Assembly: GCF_009914755.1 (NCBI RefSeq)
Contig: NC_060935.1
From: the human T2T-CHM13v2.0 reference genome, Homo sapiens
Direction: 5' to 3' (one strand)
Length of the DNA: 64,000 nt
The notes beneath the pieces were generated by a model that worked only from the letters and a program-made list of their open reading frames with translations, had not been told where the DNA came from and ran no database searches. Position numbers and translations under genes: made by a program. This document shows, piece after piece, positions 25,309 to 42,470 of this stretch. Within the stretch, counting starts at the first letter, position 1, and the number at the start of each line of letters is the position of its first letter.

Positions 25309-26325
25309 ATGGGGAAAAAACAGAACAGAAAAACTGGAAACTCTAAAACGCAGAGCGCCTCTCCTCCTCCAAAGGAACGCAGTTCCTCACCAGCAACAGA
25401 ACAAAGCTGGATGGAGAATGATTTTGACGAGCTGAGAGAAGAAGGCTTCAGACGATCAAATTACTCTGAGCTACGGGAGGACATTCAAACCAAAGGCAAA
25501 GAAGTTGAAAACTTTGAAAAAAATTTAGAAGAATGTATAACTAGAATAACCAATACAGAGAAGTGCTTAAAGGAGCTGATGGAGCTGAAAACCAAGGCTC
25601 GAGAACTACGTGAAGAATGCAGAAGCCTCAGGAGCCGATGCGATCAACTGGAAGAAAGGGTATCAGCAATGGAAGATGAAATGAATGAAATGAAGCGAGA
25701 AGGGAAGTTTAGAGAAAAAAGAATAAAAAGAAATGAGCAAAACCTCCAAGAAATATGGGACTATGTGAAAAGACCAAATCTACGTCTGATTGGTGTACCT
25801 GAAAGTGATGTGGAGAATGGAACCAAGTTGGAAAACACTCTGCAGGATATTATCCAGGAGAACTTCCCCAATCTAGCAAGGCAGGCCAACGTTCAGATTC
25901 AGGAAATACAGAGAACGCCACAAAGATACTCCTCGAGAAGAGCAACTCCAAGACACATAATTGTCAGATTCACCAAAGTTGAAATGAAGGAAAAAATGTT
26001 AAGGGCAGCCAGAGAGAAAGGTCGGGTTACCCTCAAAGGAAAGCCCATCAGACTAACAGCGGATCTCTCGGCAGAAACCCTACAAGCCAGAAGAGAGTGG
26101 GGGCCAATATTCAACATTCTTAAAGAAAAGAATTTTCAACCCAGAATTTCATATCCAGCCAAACTAAGCTTCATAAGTGAAGGAGAAATAAAATACTTTA
26201 TAGACAAGCAAATGTTGAGAGATTTTGTCACCACCAGGCCTGCCCTAAAAGAGCTCCTGAAGGAAGCGCTAAACATGGAAAGGAACAACCGGTACCAGCC
26301 GCTGCAAAATCATGCCAAAATGTAA
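25309..26325 (+). CDS. ORF1: L1 ORF1p RNA-binding protein / nucleic-acid chaperone (338 aa, intact)
   Basis: MGKKQNRKTGNSK...QNHAKM; REKG, ARR and YPAKLS motifs intact. Confidence 0.97.
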   Translation: MGKKQNRKTGNSKTQSASPPPKERSSSPATEQSWMENDFDELREEGFRRSNYSELREDIQTKGKEVENFEKNLEECITRITNTEKCLKELMELKTKARELREECRSLRSRCDQLEERVSAMEDEMNEMKREGKFREKRIKRNEQNLQEIWDYVKRPNLRLIGVPESDVENGTKLENTLQDIIQENFPNLARQANVQIQEIQRTPQRYSSRRATPRHIIVRFTKVEMKEKMLRAAREKGRVTLKGKPIRLTADLSAETLQARREWGPIFNILKEKNFQPRISYPAKLSFISEGEIKYFIDKQMLRDFVTTRPALKELLKEALNMERNNRYQPLQNHAKM

Positions 26326-26364
26326 AGACCATCGAGACTAGGAAGAAACTGCATCAACTAATGA

Positions 26365-30212
<3,848 letters not shown>

Positions 30213-30255
30213 ACAATGAGATCACATGGACACAGGAAGGGGAATATCACACTCT

Positions 30256-30289
30256 GGGGACTGTGGTGGGGTCGGGGGAGGGGGGAGGG
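30256..30289 (+). other. G-quadruplex-forming G-rich tract of the L1 3'UTR
   Basis: ggggactgtggtggggtcgggggaggggggaggg. Confidence 0.75.
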
Positions 30290-30414
30290 ATAGCATTGGG
30301 AGATATACCTAATGCTAGATGACACATTAGTGGGTGCAGCGCACCAGCATGGCACATGTATACATATGTAACTAACCTGCACAATGTGCACATGTACCCT
30401 AAAACTTAGAGTAT

Positions 30415-30415
30415 A

Positions 30416-30420
<5 letters not shown>
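30415..30420 (+). terminator. L1 polyadenylation signal AATAAA fused to the poly-A tail
   Basis: gtataataaa followed by an A run to 30446. Confidence 0.85.
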
Positions 30421-30446
<26 letters not shown>

Positions 30447-30994
30447 CAGAACCCAATTCTATCATGTCTACATAAACTAAATTCAAACATAAAAATATAG
30501 GTGGGTTGAAAGGAAAAGAAAACTGAAAAATGACAAACATTATCAAAACAATCATGAGAAGCTGTATTTATGTTATATAATGTAGGCTTCAGGCAAAGAA
30601 AATTTCAAGAGACAAAAAGGTAATTACATAATGATAAAAGGATCAATACACCAAAAATCTCATTAGTTTTAAATGTCTATGCAGCAAACAACAGCTTCAA
30701 AATAAAGCAAAAAATGTATAGAAATCAAAGGAGAAATAGATCCACATTTATATTTGGCTACTTCAAAACTACTTTTAGCAATTGACAGAACTACTAGACA
30801 GAAATGCCACAATGTTATAAAAAATTAAATAACAAACAGGTACCAACTGTCACTTATAGAACACTCCAACTAACAACAATGGAATACATGTCCATTTGAA
30901 GCACTCACAGAACATTCACCAAAATAGAGCAGAAAACCTTAAAAAACTGAAAAGAATAAAAATCATACAGAGCATGTTCTCTGAACATGATAGT

Positions 30995-31590
30995 ATATGT
31001 CGGAAACAGTTACTCAGTAGGACTGTGTTCAATTTTCAAGAAGGGCTTGTTTTCATGACTGGCCTTTGGCTGGAACTTGGAACTAAGCTCTTGGAATATT
31101 GTAATAATAGTGGTTTGCATACTGAAGATCTTGAACACTCTACTAGTTTGTCTGAATAGTTCATATGTTCTACAGCCATATCACACTGAATGCAACCAAT
31201 CTTGTCTGAATAGTTCATATGTTGCAATTTATGGTGAAAATCTTCTTTCCTTATTAGAGTCTGGATCTTGAGTAACTGTTTTAGTGCTATGTACCTAAAA
31301 GCCTAAAAACAACTACCATGAAATTTCCTAGTAGAAAACATTTATCAAGTGTTGTCGTGATTTGTTGCTGGAAGAAGTAAGTTTTTCCAAATGACTGAAC
31401 TGGGGAAGACTTGGGAGTTTATGCTGGTTCCTACAGAATCTGAGGCTGCGTTTCTCATCACTACAAATGATTGTTTAGGGAATTTTATTTTATTTTATTT
31501 TATTTTACACTTGTTTTACCTATCTCTAGCCTCATTATCATCATGTTTATGGGAACTCTGCTGGTATTGGAACAGAGGTTGGGGTCCATA
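30995..31590 (+). mobile_element. Old ERVL LTR (MER68/MER77/MER21-like)
   Basis: tggcctttggctggaacttggaactaagctcttggaatatt...; internal direct repeat; actgaactggggaagacttggg. Confidence 0.5.
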
Positions 31591-32218
31591 GTGGGTTTAG
31601 GAGAGATATGTAGGTTGTCATGGAACCTAATTTTTGGAGTCACATAGAATGTGTTCTAAAGAGATTAAAAATTCATCTTTGAAGCAACCACCACCACCAA
31701 ATTCTGGTTTATAGTACTCACAAATGCCTGCAGTGTAAATGCAGCAACCAGGACTAATTTCAACTACCAATGTGACATGAGTGAATGTGGGTTTGGGAAG
31801 AAACATGCAGTAGCACATCATTTTAAGCTGTTTTCAGATACAGATACAAAAGACATAAACAATCTTGAGAGCATATATGATGGAATCATAGATTAAAATA
31901 ATTAGAAAGGAATAACTCAAGTAGTTATCTTTCCTTTTATTATATTTTATTGTAGATTTTTGTAAAAGAATAATAACAGCTGTTTTTAAAAATTGTCTCA
32001 CAAAATCCCTAAAAATTGAACAATTTCCTCCTGTGGCCCAGTATGAGCCAGTTCTACTGTGCACCATTGTAGAATCTCATTTCATTTCTAGAGTTGTAAT
32101 TTCCAAACATTTCACTAAAGTAACATTAAGGGAATGAGAGGAGAGTAAATTAGTACTCAGTGGGTCTATAAATAAAGCCCAAAGAGGTATGATGCAATGA
32201 GGAGCATGGGGAAGGGGT

Positions 32219-32470
32219 CCCTTCCCTTCCCTCCCCTCCCCTCCTTTCTTTCTTTCCTTTCTTTCTCTTTCTTTCCTCCCTCCCTCTCTCCCTCCCTCTT
32301 TCCTTCCTTCCTTCCTTCTTTCTTTCTTTTCTTTCTCTTTCTCTTCTCTCCTTCCTTCCTTCTTTCCTTCTTCCTTCCTTCCTTCCTTCCTTCTTTCTTT
32401 TATCTCTCTTTCTCTTCTCTCCTTCCTTCCTTCCTTCCTTCCTCCCTCACCCCCTCCCTCCTTCCCTCCC
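32219..32470. repeat. Polypyrimidine (CCTT/CTTT/CCCT)n tract
   Basis: ~250 nt almost purely C/T. Confidence 0.95.
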
Positions 32471-32676
32471 TCCCTCCTTCCTTCCTTTCTCCTGCCTCAG
32501 CTTCTCAAGTAGCTGGGATAACAGGAGTGTGCCACCACCCGCAGCTAACTTCTGTATTTTTAGTAGGGATTCACCATGTTGGCCAGACTGGTCTCGAACT
32601 TCTGATCTCAAGTGATCTGCCTGCCTCAGCCTCGCAAATTGCTGAGAATTACAGGGAGGAGCCACCGTGCCTGGCC
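32471..32676 (-). mobile_element. AluS fragment lacking the 3' ~100 nt
   Basis: ttctcctgcctcagc...ccaccgtgcctggcc directly abutting the CT tract. Confidence 0.85.
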
Positions 32677-34669
32677 AGTATCTTAATTAATTTTGATTTT
32701 CATTCTCCCTCCCTGTCTTCCTCTATCCTGTCATTCTCACTGTCTCCCTCCTTTCTTTCTCTCTCTCTAACACTCTTACAATTTTACACTTTAATTTTAA
32801 CACTCTTATAATTGCATAATATCAATATTGATGTTTATTTTAATGAAGAATTGATATTTTAAAAGACAATATTTCAAATTTGCATGTCATTTTCTTGAGT
32901 GTCTTTTGTAACCAACATTGAGAAGCACACTTTTCATTGGTCTAAAGTTTATCTATGAAATATTCAAACCATCTGACAGTTATACATTAAAACATGCATT
33001 GTTTTGCTCTTTTATATAATAAAATTGACTCAGCTGAACCACCTGAATTGTTTTCTCTTAAGAAAAAACTAGGAGATTTACTAATGTCTTTAATGTATTT
33101 ATTAAGGATAGATTCCAAAACAACTCAGGATGTCCACTTTCATTTTAATAACAACTAAGATTCCTCAGGTTTCAATATCAAGAATATTTGTCATCCTCTT
33201 TATCTAACACTAAAGTTATTGGTAATAAATCCCTTTTGCTCTGGCATGAAAAAATACAAAAGCAAAAGCAAAAACAAAACAAAGCAACAACCCTGCATTT
33301 CTTTTGCTTTAGAAAAATACAAAAACAAAAAACACCTGCATTTCTTGCCTTCTTCAAGACTCATACAAGCTCTTATAGAAGAATTACACAATAGCATGTA
33401 TATCACATATATATTTTGGGAGTTCATCCTTTTTTGCATTAATTTTTTAAAATTTCACTTTTACTGCTTTTGTATCAGATACAAACAAACAAATCATTTC
33501 ATTATTTTTTAATTGAGGTGGAATTCCACAAATTGCTTTTCCTAAAGTCATGCGACTAAGTATGTGCTTCATCAACAGTTTTTAAAGGGTATACCTGGTC
33601 AGAGATAAAAATAAAAACAAGTCTCCATAAAAAGTTGGAATCTCTAACATAAATATCACCATGATATAAAAACAAAATTCTGATTTTTAGAAAGCAGTGT
33701 TTCTGTTGCCAATAATGTAGGTCTGTATATTCTCTTCTTCAGATGACAGTAGAAGTTACAGAATGTTCAAAAGATAGTATGGCAATGTAAAATTAGTAAC
33801 ATACAGATTTCTCCAAATTGCGTGTCTGTTTTTCCTTGTTTTTTTTTTTTTTTTTTTCATTTTTCACATTATTTCTTAGGAAACAAAACACTGAAGTCAT
33901 CACAGAATGATTTGTTTTCAAGAAAATTGAAATAACATAACATAAAATGGTAGTGTTTTGTAAAAGTTTATATTATGTGCAAAATACCTACTCTAAAATT
34001 TAGTAAAATGGAAAGCAGATGACAATGAACTAGTATGAATACAGGAATTTTGTTTGTAATATGGGGGTTAGTGGTTAAGTACAAGGTTAGCAGTGCCAAG
34101 GCAAAGGCATTTTCCTTCTAGATTTTACTTGCAAAGTGAAGCCACCTCTGTGGAATCCCTCACCTCAGAGCCAGTCACAGCACTAACCAAATTAGCTTCT
34201 GTATGAATTAGTGGATAATAGACATAAGAACGGTTGACACTGGATAGAACCGATAACCAAAATGAAAGATATTTGCTAAAGATGATTTTCATCTAGAAAT
34301 AGTTACTATTGAAATATCTTCTCACTATAATTAGGAATGTGCCTATGGTGGTCACTCATACGTCATCAAAACATAATCTGTGGAGGATTCATGCTTTCTT
34401 CCTCACCTCCCTTGCCCTTTTATTTTTGGTTGACAGTAGTATTTACACATGTTTATGGGATAGAGAGTGGTATTTCAATACGTGTATACAATGTATAATT
34501 ATCAAATTAGCATAATTGGTATAACCATCACCTCATTTATCATTTCTTTGTGTTGTGAACACCCAAAATCCTGTCTTCTAGCTCTTTGAAAGTATAAAAT
34601 AAATTATAGTTAACCATATTCATCCTACAGTTCTGCAAAACACCAGACTTCATTCTTCTTATCTAGTCC

Positions 34670-34979
<310 letters not shown>

Positions 34980-34983
34980 CTAG

Positions 34984-35749
34984 TGAGAGACAGGAGTAGC
35001 TTGATTGCCTAGGCCGACTAAGAATTCCTAAGCCTAGCTGGGGAAGGTGACCACACCCACCTTTAAACACTGGGCTTGTAACTCAGCTCACACCTGACCA
35101 ATCAGGTAGTAAGGAGGGCTCACTAAAATACCAAATAGGCTAAAAGCAGGAGGTAAAAAATAGTCAAATCATCTATTACCTGAAAGCGCAGGGGGAGGGA
35201 CAGTGATTGGGATATAAACCCAGGAATTTGAGCCGGCAGTGGAAACCCCCTTTGGGTCCCCTCCCATTGCATGGTATGAGAGCTCTGTTTTCACTCTATT
35301 AAATCTTGCAACTGCACACTCTTCTGGTCTCTGTTTGTTCCCGTTCAACCTGAGCTATGGCTGGCTGTCCACCACTGCTGATCGCCGCCATTGCAGACCT
35401 GCCGCTGACTTCCACACCTCTGGATTCTGCAGGGTGTCTGCTGCGCTCCTGATCCAATGAGGCACCCATTGCCGCTCCTGATCAGGCTAGAGGCTCGCCA
35501 TTGTTCCTGCCTGGCTAAGTGCCTGGGTTCATCCTAATTGAGCTGAACACTAGTCGCTGGGTTCCACAGTTCTCTTCTGTGACCCACTGCTTCTAATAGA
35601 GCTGTAACAATCACTGCACGGCCCAAGGTTCCATTCCTTGGAATATGTGAGGCCAAGAACCCCAGGTCAGAGAACAAAAGGCTTGCTGCCATCTTGGGAG
35701 AGGCCCACCCCATCTTTGGAGCTCTAAGAACAAAGACGCACCTGTAACA
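34984..35749 (+). mobile_element. HERV-W solo LTR (LTR17)
   Basis: tgagagacaggagtagc...cctgtaaca; TG..CA ends; 4-bp TSD ctag (34980-34983, 35750-35753); CCAAT ~35098, TATAAA ~35214, ATTAAA ~35298. Confidence 0.9.
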
Positions 35750-37424
35750 CTAGCCTATAAAAATAAATAAAGACAAAGAATAACAACTGCTGGTGAAGAT
35801 GTGGAGATGTGTGTAACTGTTGGTGGAAATGTCAATTAGTACTGTCATTATGGAAGGCAGTATGGAGGTTTTAGAAAAAGCTAAATGTAGAACTACCATA
35901 CAAGCCAGCAACTCCACTAATAGGTGTTTAACCAAAGGAAAGAAAATCTGTATATCAAAAGGATACCTGCACCCCCATGTTTAGTGCAGCACTATTCACA
36001 ATAGTGAAGATATGAAATCAACCTAAATATCCATCAGTCAATGAGTGGATTAAAAAATATGGCATAAACACACACTGAAATTCTATTCATCCATAAAAAA
36101 GAATGATATCCTGCCATTCATGGCAACATGAAGAAGCCTAAGGACATTACGTTCAGCAAAATAAGTCAGGCACAGAAAGATAAATATTACATATTGTCAC
36201 CCATATGTGGGAACTCAAAAAAAGTTTGGAGTTCATGGAAGTAGAGAGCAGAACTGTGGGTATTAGAGACTGGGAAGGGTAGCAGAGAGGGCAGGATAGA
36301 CAGATTAGTTAGCATATCTGTTTTTCTAATCAGTTTTCATCTGCCTATATTATACTTAAATCTTGAAAACAATTTATTTCATTTTGGCTCTATATATTTT
36401 TTATGTATTATTAATAGTAATTGTGGAATATCTGTTCTACTTACTTCAAATGACTGCTGCATCTGAGAACACTGTGTATCAATTAGGAACCTTGGAAAAG
36501 TTATAAACATTTATCAAGCATCGTTTCTGTTCTCAGATCATTAAGCTTGATTAGCTTCCCCACCACTTCATAAAACAGCCATTATTGATTCCTGGCAATT
36601 TGTAAATTATCTTTCTAGTTCATGCCTGATCATCACCATGAAACTCAACCTTCTCAAAGCCAGATTCCTGACTGCAGATACTCAAGTTCTTTTGTTCTTC
36701 AGGCATCCATCAAATTATTTGCTCTCAAAATCCCCTCATGAAGTTCATTTTTTTCCTACACTTAGAAAGAGGAAGTAGCATTACTATGTATTAAATTGGA
36801 TTTGGGAATTTTTTTAATAATAGATTTGTGGAAAATTGGAAAATTTCCTATTCTGATTCTTGACTCTGCACATTTTGGAACCAGCACCCTACAGTAAAAT
36901 AGGGACTATGGAGAGAGATTCAGATATCAGGGAGGAAGAATTTAACAAATTCCTAAGAGAATAGAACTATTAAATTTATTTGTATCTGTCCCATATTTAT
37001 CATCACCTATTCATTTGTTCATTCTTTATTTTTAAAATTTATTTGAGTAAAAGTTAGACTCAATATAATGTACACATTTAAAGTATAGAATTCACCAAGT
37101 TTTGAGAGGTGAATACACTCAAGCAATCATCATCCTAATCAAGATATAACACATTCTCATCACTCTAAAATGTTCTGCCATAGCCCTTTGCTGCTTTTCC
37201 TCACCCACTAAATAAAAAAAGGCTGCTTTTATTTCTATTATTAATATCTCCTATTGTAGAATATCATGTGAAAATATCATACAATATATACTTTTTGAAT
37301 TCATCTTCCTTGGCGCAGAACATTATTTTTATTAAACAAAATATTTTGAGATGCAAACATTCTGTTGCATTAAAATATCTTATTCTTTTATTTGCCATGC
37401 CATATTCCATTGTCTGAATGTACC

Positions 37425-37973
37425 CATATTAGTCAGAGTTCTCTAAAGGGACAGAACTAATAGGATAGATGTATATATGAAGGGGAGTTTATTAAAGAGT
37501 ATTGACTCACATGATCACAAGGCGAAGTCCCAAAATGGGCCATCTGCAAGCTGAGGAGCAGGAAAGCCAGCTCGAGTTCCGAAACCTCAAAAGTAGGGAT
37601 CCCCACAGTGCTGCCTTCAGTCTGTGGCCAAATACCCAAGCGTCCCTGGAAAACCACTGGTTTAGGTCCAAGAGTCCAAAAGCTTAAGAACTTGGAGTCT
37701 GATGTTTGAGGGCAGAAAGCATCCAGCATGGGAGAAAGATGAAGGCTGGAAGATTCAGCTAGTCCAGTCCTTCCACGTTCTTCTGCCTGCTTTATTCCAG
37801 CTGTGCTGGCAGCTGATTAGATGGTGCCCACCGAGATTGAGGGTGAGTCTGCCTCTCCCAGTCCACTGACTCAAATGTTAATCTCCTTCTGTAACAGCCT
37901 CACAGACACACCCGGGAACAAAACTTTGCATCCTTTTATCCAATCAAGTTGACACTCAATAATAACCATCATA
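37425..37973 (-). mobile_element. MLT2A2-like HERV-L solo LTR
   Basis: tattagtcagagttctctaaagggacagaactaatagg...aataaccatcata; 5-bp TSD gtacc (37420-37424, 37974-37978). Confidence 0.85.
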
Positions 37974-38514
37974 GTACCTAAACTTGTGTATTTATTCAGT
38001 TGATGATGATAATGTAGTTTGTTTCTAATATTAGATTTTTACAAATTAAACTGCCATAAATATTTTTGTGAAAATATTTTGAGGCAAATATGTTTTTTTT
38101 TTGTCTTATGGTTTTTATGACCATAGACTTACTAAGTCATATGGTCAGTTTATGTTTAAATCCAAAAGAAACAAATTTTATCCACAATATTCGTACGATT
38201 TTAACTCTGATAAAAAATTTATTAGACATTCCTGTTGCTTCTTAATTGTGGTTTTATTCTGTATTTCCTTAATAACTGTCTTATTATCCATTTTTATATA
38301 TTCTTTTTAAAAATACCCGTTCAAGTTTTTAAAATTATTTTTAGTTTTTGATTGGTATGTTTATCTTCTTAGATTATTTGAGTTGTAACTTTCAAATGTA
38401 TTCTGGATACAAATAGCTTTTAAAATATATATGCTGCAAGTATTTTTATCACTTTGTGATTTTCATTTTATTTGCAATTACTTTGAAGATGAAGTTTTTA
38501 AAAATAAAGTTCTC

Positions 38515-38781
38515 GGCCAGGCGCAGTGGCTCACACCTGTAATCCCAGCACTTTGGGGGGCCAAGGCAGGTGGATCACGGAGGTCAGGAGTCAAAACCAG
38601 CCTGGCCAATATGGTGAAACCCCATCTCTACTAAAAATACAAAAATTAGCCAGGCCCACACCTGGTGGTGTGCGCCTGTAATCCCAGCTACTCGAGAGGC
38701 TGAGGCAGAAGAGGTGGCAGTGAGCCGAGACTGCGCCACTGCACTCCAGCCTGGGCGACAGAGTGAGACTCTGTCTCAAAA

Positions 38782-38820
<39 letters not shown>

Positions 38821-38822
38821 AA
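38515..38822 (+). mobile_element. AluS with ~25-bp right-arm deletion and (TAAA)n tail
   Basis: TSD aaagttctc on both sides; gctgaggcagaag|aggtggcagtgagcc lacks the gaatcgcttgaacccggg segment. Confidence 0.92.
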
Positions 38823-39059
38823 AGTTCTCAATCATTTTAATTATATGCTTATTGGTTTTTGTTTGCCTACCCCAAAGTCATAATTTTTTTTTGTTTTTTT
38901 CTAGAAATTCTAAAATGTTACCTTTATATTGTGTTTACAGTAGATTTAGAATTTTTTTATGGTATGAGTCAAGATTTATTCCATTCACATGGATATTTAA
39001 TAATCCTAGTAGTATTTGTTAAACAGAATTTTCTTTTTCCACTTAATTACTTTGGCATT

Positions 39060-39636
39060 GTACAGTAGCGAATTAAGTATATCAGAGAAAAGGTTTGGTC
39101 TTGCCCAAAGACTCAAGGGTAACCACTAAGCCCTTGGTATATACTACCAATGACAGTATCTTTGTTTACCTAGGGATACTACCTTTGTTTACCTGGAGAA
39201 CTTAGACCATGCCAGATAGTCCATACAACGCGATTTATGGTGGAAGCCTTGGGACATATGGTATCATGTAGACCTTTAAAGTAATTAAAGACTAAAATTA
39301 GTCCTGCAGGTGGTCAGTCATGTATGCATAAAATGACCTCTAATAAAATTTGTGGACATGAAGTCTTGGCTGCGCTTTTCTGTTTGACAAAACTTCATTC
39401 TGATAGAAGTAAGCACAGTCTCTGTGTCTCCACTGGAAGAAGACCACTGAAAGCTTGCACTTGGAACTCTCTTGGACCCTGCCCTATGTACCTTTTCCCA
39501 TTGCTGATTTAAATCTGTGTCCTTTCATTGTCATAAACCATAACCCAGTGTATTACAGTTTTCCTAGGTTCTATGGGTCCATGTAGCAAATTATTACATC
39601 TGAAGGCAGACTTGGGATCTACCCAAACTGTAAGAC
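39060..39636 (+). mobile_element. MER21-like LTR
   Basis: tgta...ctaagcccttggtatatact...gtatctttgtttacctaggg...ctctaataaaa...aca. Confidence 0.6.
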
Positions 39637-40376
39637 ACTTATTATAACTTTGAAAATTAATTGACCATAAATGCTGTCAATTGGCTTCATTGTTTATTGA
39701 TTTTTTTCTGTCTTCAGCTCACACTGTCTTAATTATTATAGGATAATCTACTTTTATACCAGTAATTATAAGCCCTACATGTTTGCCTTATAAAATAGTC
39801 TTAGGTAGGCAAGCTATTTTGCATTTCCATACATATCATTATCTAGTAAAAATCCTGCTGATATATTGAATGGGATTATGTTAAACCTAAAACCAATTTG
39901 GAGAAAATTGATATCTTGAAAATACTGAAATTTCTTATTCATGAACATGGATATCCTTCTATTTATCTAGGTCTTTTTCACTTTTTCTCACCGCTATATT
40001 CTCACTTCTGACTCTTTCTAAATACATGTCTTTCTGTGGCATCTCTTTTTAATAAAGAAGCCACCATGAGTGCTCAAGAACTGTATGAATACCAGGCTTC
40101 TGTTGCCAGGACAACAGAGCTCAGACCTCAGGCTAAAGGCCTGATTGATCCACTGACCAGACAAATGGGGGCCTCTGTCCAAATCCAAAGTAATTTCTCA
40201 ATATAAACATTTTTTAACCCTCTAGTAATCATTAAACTTTAGGAAGAAGAAGAAATGGAAACAGGGATGGAAGAAAGGAAAGAAATGAAGAAAGAAAATG
40301 TATTTTCTCTGCCACTTCACTATAACCTTTTAGAGAACAGAGTCTGTGTGTTTTGCTATTCTGTGTCAAATACAAT

Positions 40377-40377
<1 letters not shown>

Positions 40378-40406
<29 letters not shown>
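40378..40406. repeat. (CA)n microsatellite
   Basis: Direct reading. Confidence 0.95.
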
Positions 40407-40407
<1 letters not shown>

Positions 40408-40634
40408 TAAACACTCCAGAGCTATTAAATATAATCTGAAGTGAAATCACTAGTATATTTATAATTTTATTTGTGCCCTTTATTTGTTGTTTGCCTGGTT
40501 TTAATTATATTTAATATTTTTTTAAAGTGCTACAATCATAGCTTTAATTCATGTAACAATTTAATGTAAGTTATAGCAACTGTTACAACTTCGAGACAAT
40601 GTAAAAAACATATAGAAAACAGCCTGTAACATAA

Positions 40635-40957
40635 TGTTCCAGGACTTTTCCTTAGTTCAGCTAAAGACAGAGTTCTATATCCCACCGCCACAAAAATTCG
40701 GGCTCGCAGACAATTTGAATGGCAAGATAGGGTTTTATCGGGTGAAAAGGACAAAAAGGGGGAAACAGGGACTCTCACTAGGCCAAGATCCCCTGCTAGA
40801 GCGCTTCCCTCTTGCAGCTTGAATCCCAGGTTTCAACCAGGAGGAGGAGGAGCCCTGCTCCTGCCCAGTGCAAAAGGGCACGCACTTCTGTGGCTCCAAC
40901 CCAGTGTGCAGGTTGCTCAGAGTTTCTCCAGGGACCCCCTCCCACCTGGTTGTCTCA
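40635..40957 (-). mobile_element. ERV1 solo LTR (MER48-like)
   Basis: Reverse complement starts tgagacaaccaggtgggagggggtccctggagaaact; TG..CA ends; 4-bp TSD ataa (40631-40634, 40958-40961). Confidence 0.75.
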
Positions 40958-41689
40958 ATAATTTAATTGACAAATTTTTTTAAACAGTAAGCGGCTATTC
41001 AGATTTTCCTTGAATGCTATAAAAAAATAAGATTTGACTGCCAAAACACATCTATCAGAAAATGACAGCTTATATTAGCAATACTTACAGAAAAGTTTAT
41101 CGCACGTACATATTATATTTTCAATTGATTTTTACAAGTGAAAATGACATACTTCAAAATATTTGTAGATTGTTTAGCATTTAACCTTCATAACACCTTT
41201 TTTCTTCATACTGTAGCAACAATTATTATTTACCTTTCTAACTTTCAGCTTTTTAAAAATGGAGGAAGTTAAATCCTATTAGCTTTAAATAATCGGTCTC
41301 TTGACATCCTCAGATCCTTTTCAAAGCTATAAAACCTCATTAATTTAAGACTGTTAGAAAAAACTCAAACTCTACCTAGTAAATGCCAAATCAATTAAAA
41401 TTAATGCTCATTGCTAAGCTTTTGACTTGTACATACATGAAAATATAAATGGATAAATCTTTGAAAAAAATTAGCACACAGCAAACTGTAGCATATAATC
41501 TCGTAGAAGATAGTCTCATTCTTCCTACAGTTGTCTATTCTTTTGAATAATGGCATTATTGTATTATGTAGTTTTATGTGAACATGTTATTTTTATACAT
41601 TTTTGGTAACCTTTCTATAAATGTTCATATTAATTGTGTAGATCTTTATATCATATAGTAATGTCTAATTGGAAGCAACCACTATAGAA

Positions 41690-42470
41690 AGGGCACACAA
41701 AAATCAAGTAGACTATATGACTTGGTCAGTTGAAGTCAATCACCTTCTCTTGTCAAACACTCAGGGTTGGTACAATTAGCACATTAATAAAGTGGCTCTG
41801 GTGTCAAGTGTCGGGGATCGGCATAGGCCAAATTGCATGGAATTCTACATAGGAAGGTGGATCTAGCTACCGCATGCTGGCTTACTGTCATCAACAGTAT
41901 CAAATCTGAGTCCCTAAAATTGTGCCATCCCTCAAGAAAATCAACTGGTCACTTGGTGGAAAGTTGACCTCCCTTGCACCCAAGAAGAGGCAACAATTCA
42001 TTCCTACAGAAATAGATACACAATCTTGTTGCCCATTTGGTATCAATCAGGACCACTAGTTGAGGGATTAGAGAGTATTTGATCCATTGGCATGAGAGCC
42101 CATAAAGCACCATATAAAACCAAAGTTACATTTCATACCAAACAATATGTAAGAGTGGGCATATGATTAGAGAACTACTGGTCATATCACAAATCCCACA
42201 ACCTAGAGCCAGCCAACTTCATAAATCTATGGAACTGCCTTTTGAAGCTAAAGTTAAAGCACCTGTTTGGATTAATAGTTGGCTAGAATACTTTGCTCTA
42301 CTCAAGAACTTAGAAAAAAAATGTTAAATCAATAATTTTTATATAGTGCTATGTACAGGAACAAAACTGGAAGCAGGCGTGGCTCCACTTACCTTAATCA
42401 TAGTGGCTCAGGGAATTTGTGCTTTCTGTTTCTGCAACTCTGAATTCTGCAGGTTTCAAGGTCCTATTTA
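41690..42470 (+). pseudogene. Ancient ERV-L (class III) integrase relic
   Basis: Broken frames read QLVTWWKVD, KRQQFIPTEIDTQS and YWSYHKSHNLEPANFINLWNCLLK, similar to ERV-L integrase TWWQVD, KGQRFVLTGIDTYS and HWSYHVPHHPEAAGLIERWNGLLK. Confidence 0.7.

Larger units (their letters stand above)
37025..39990 (-). mobile_element. Ancient L1ME-like 3' region, interrupted by MLT2A2, Alu and MER21-like insertions
   Basis: aatgtacacatttaaagtatagaattc...ctaatcaagatataacacatt; degenerate ORF2-end sequence resumes after each insertion. Confidence 0.65.

Noticed and set aside
31148-31223. 22-bp direct repeat ttgtctgaatagttcatatgtt with a 32-nt spacer, superficially CRISPR-like
   Set aside because: Only two copies, no cas genes, human DNA; it lies inside an old ERVL LTR of a type that has internal tandem repeats.
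32197-32811. 204-aa S/F/L/P-rich ORF
   Set aside because: Translation of the CT microsatellite plus an antisense Alu.
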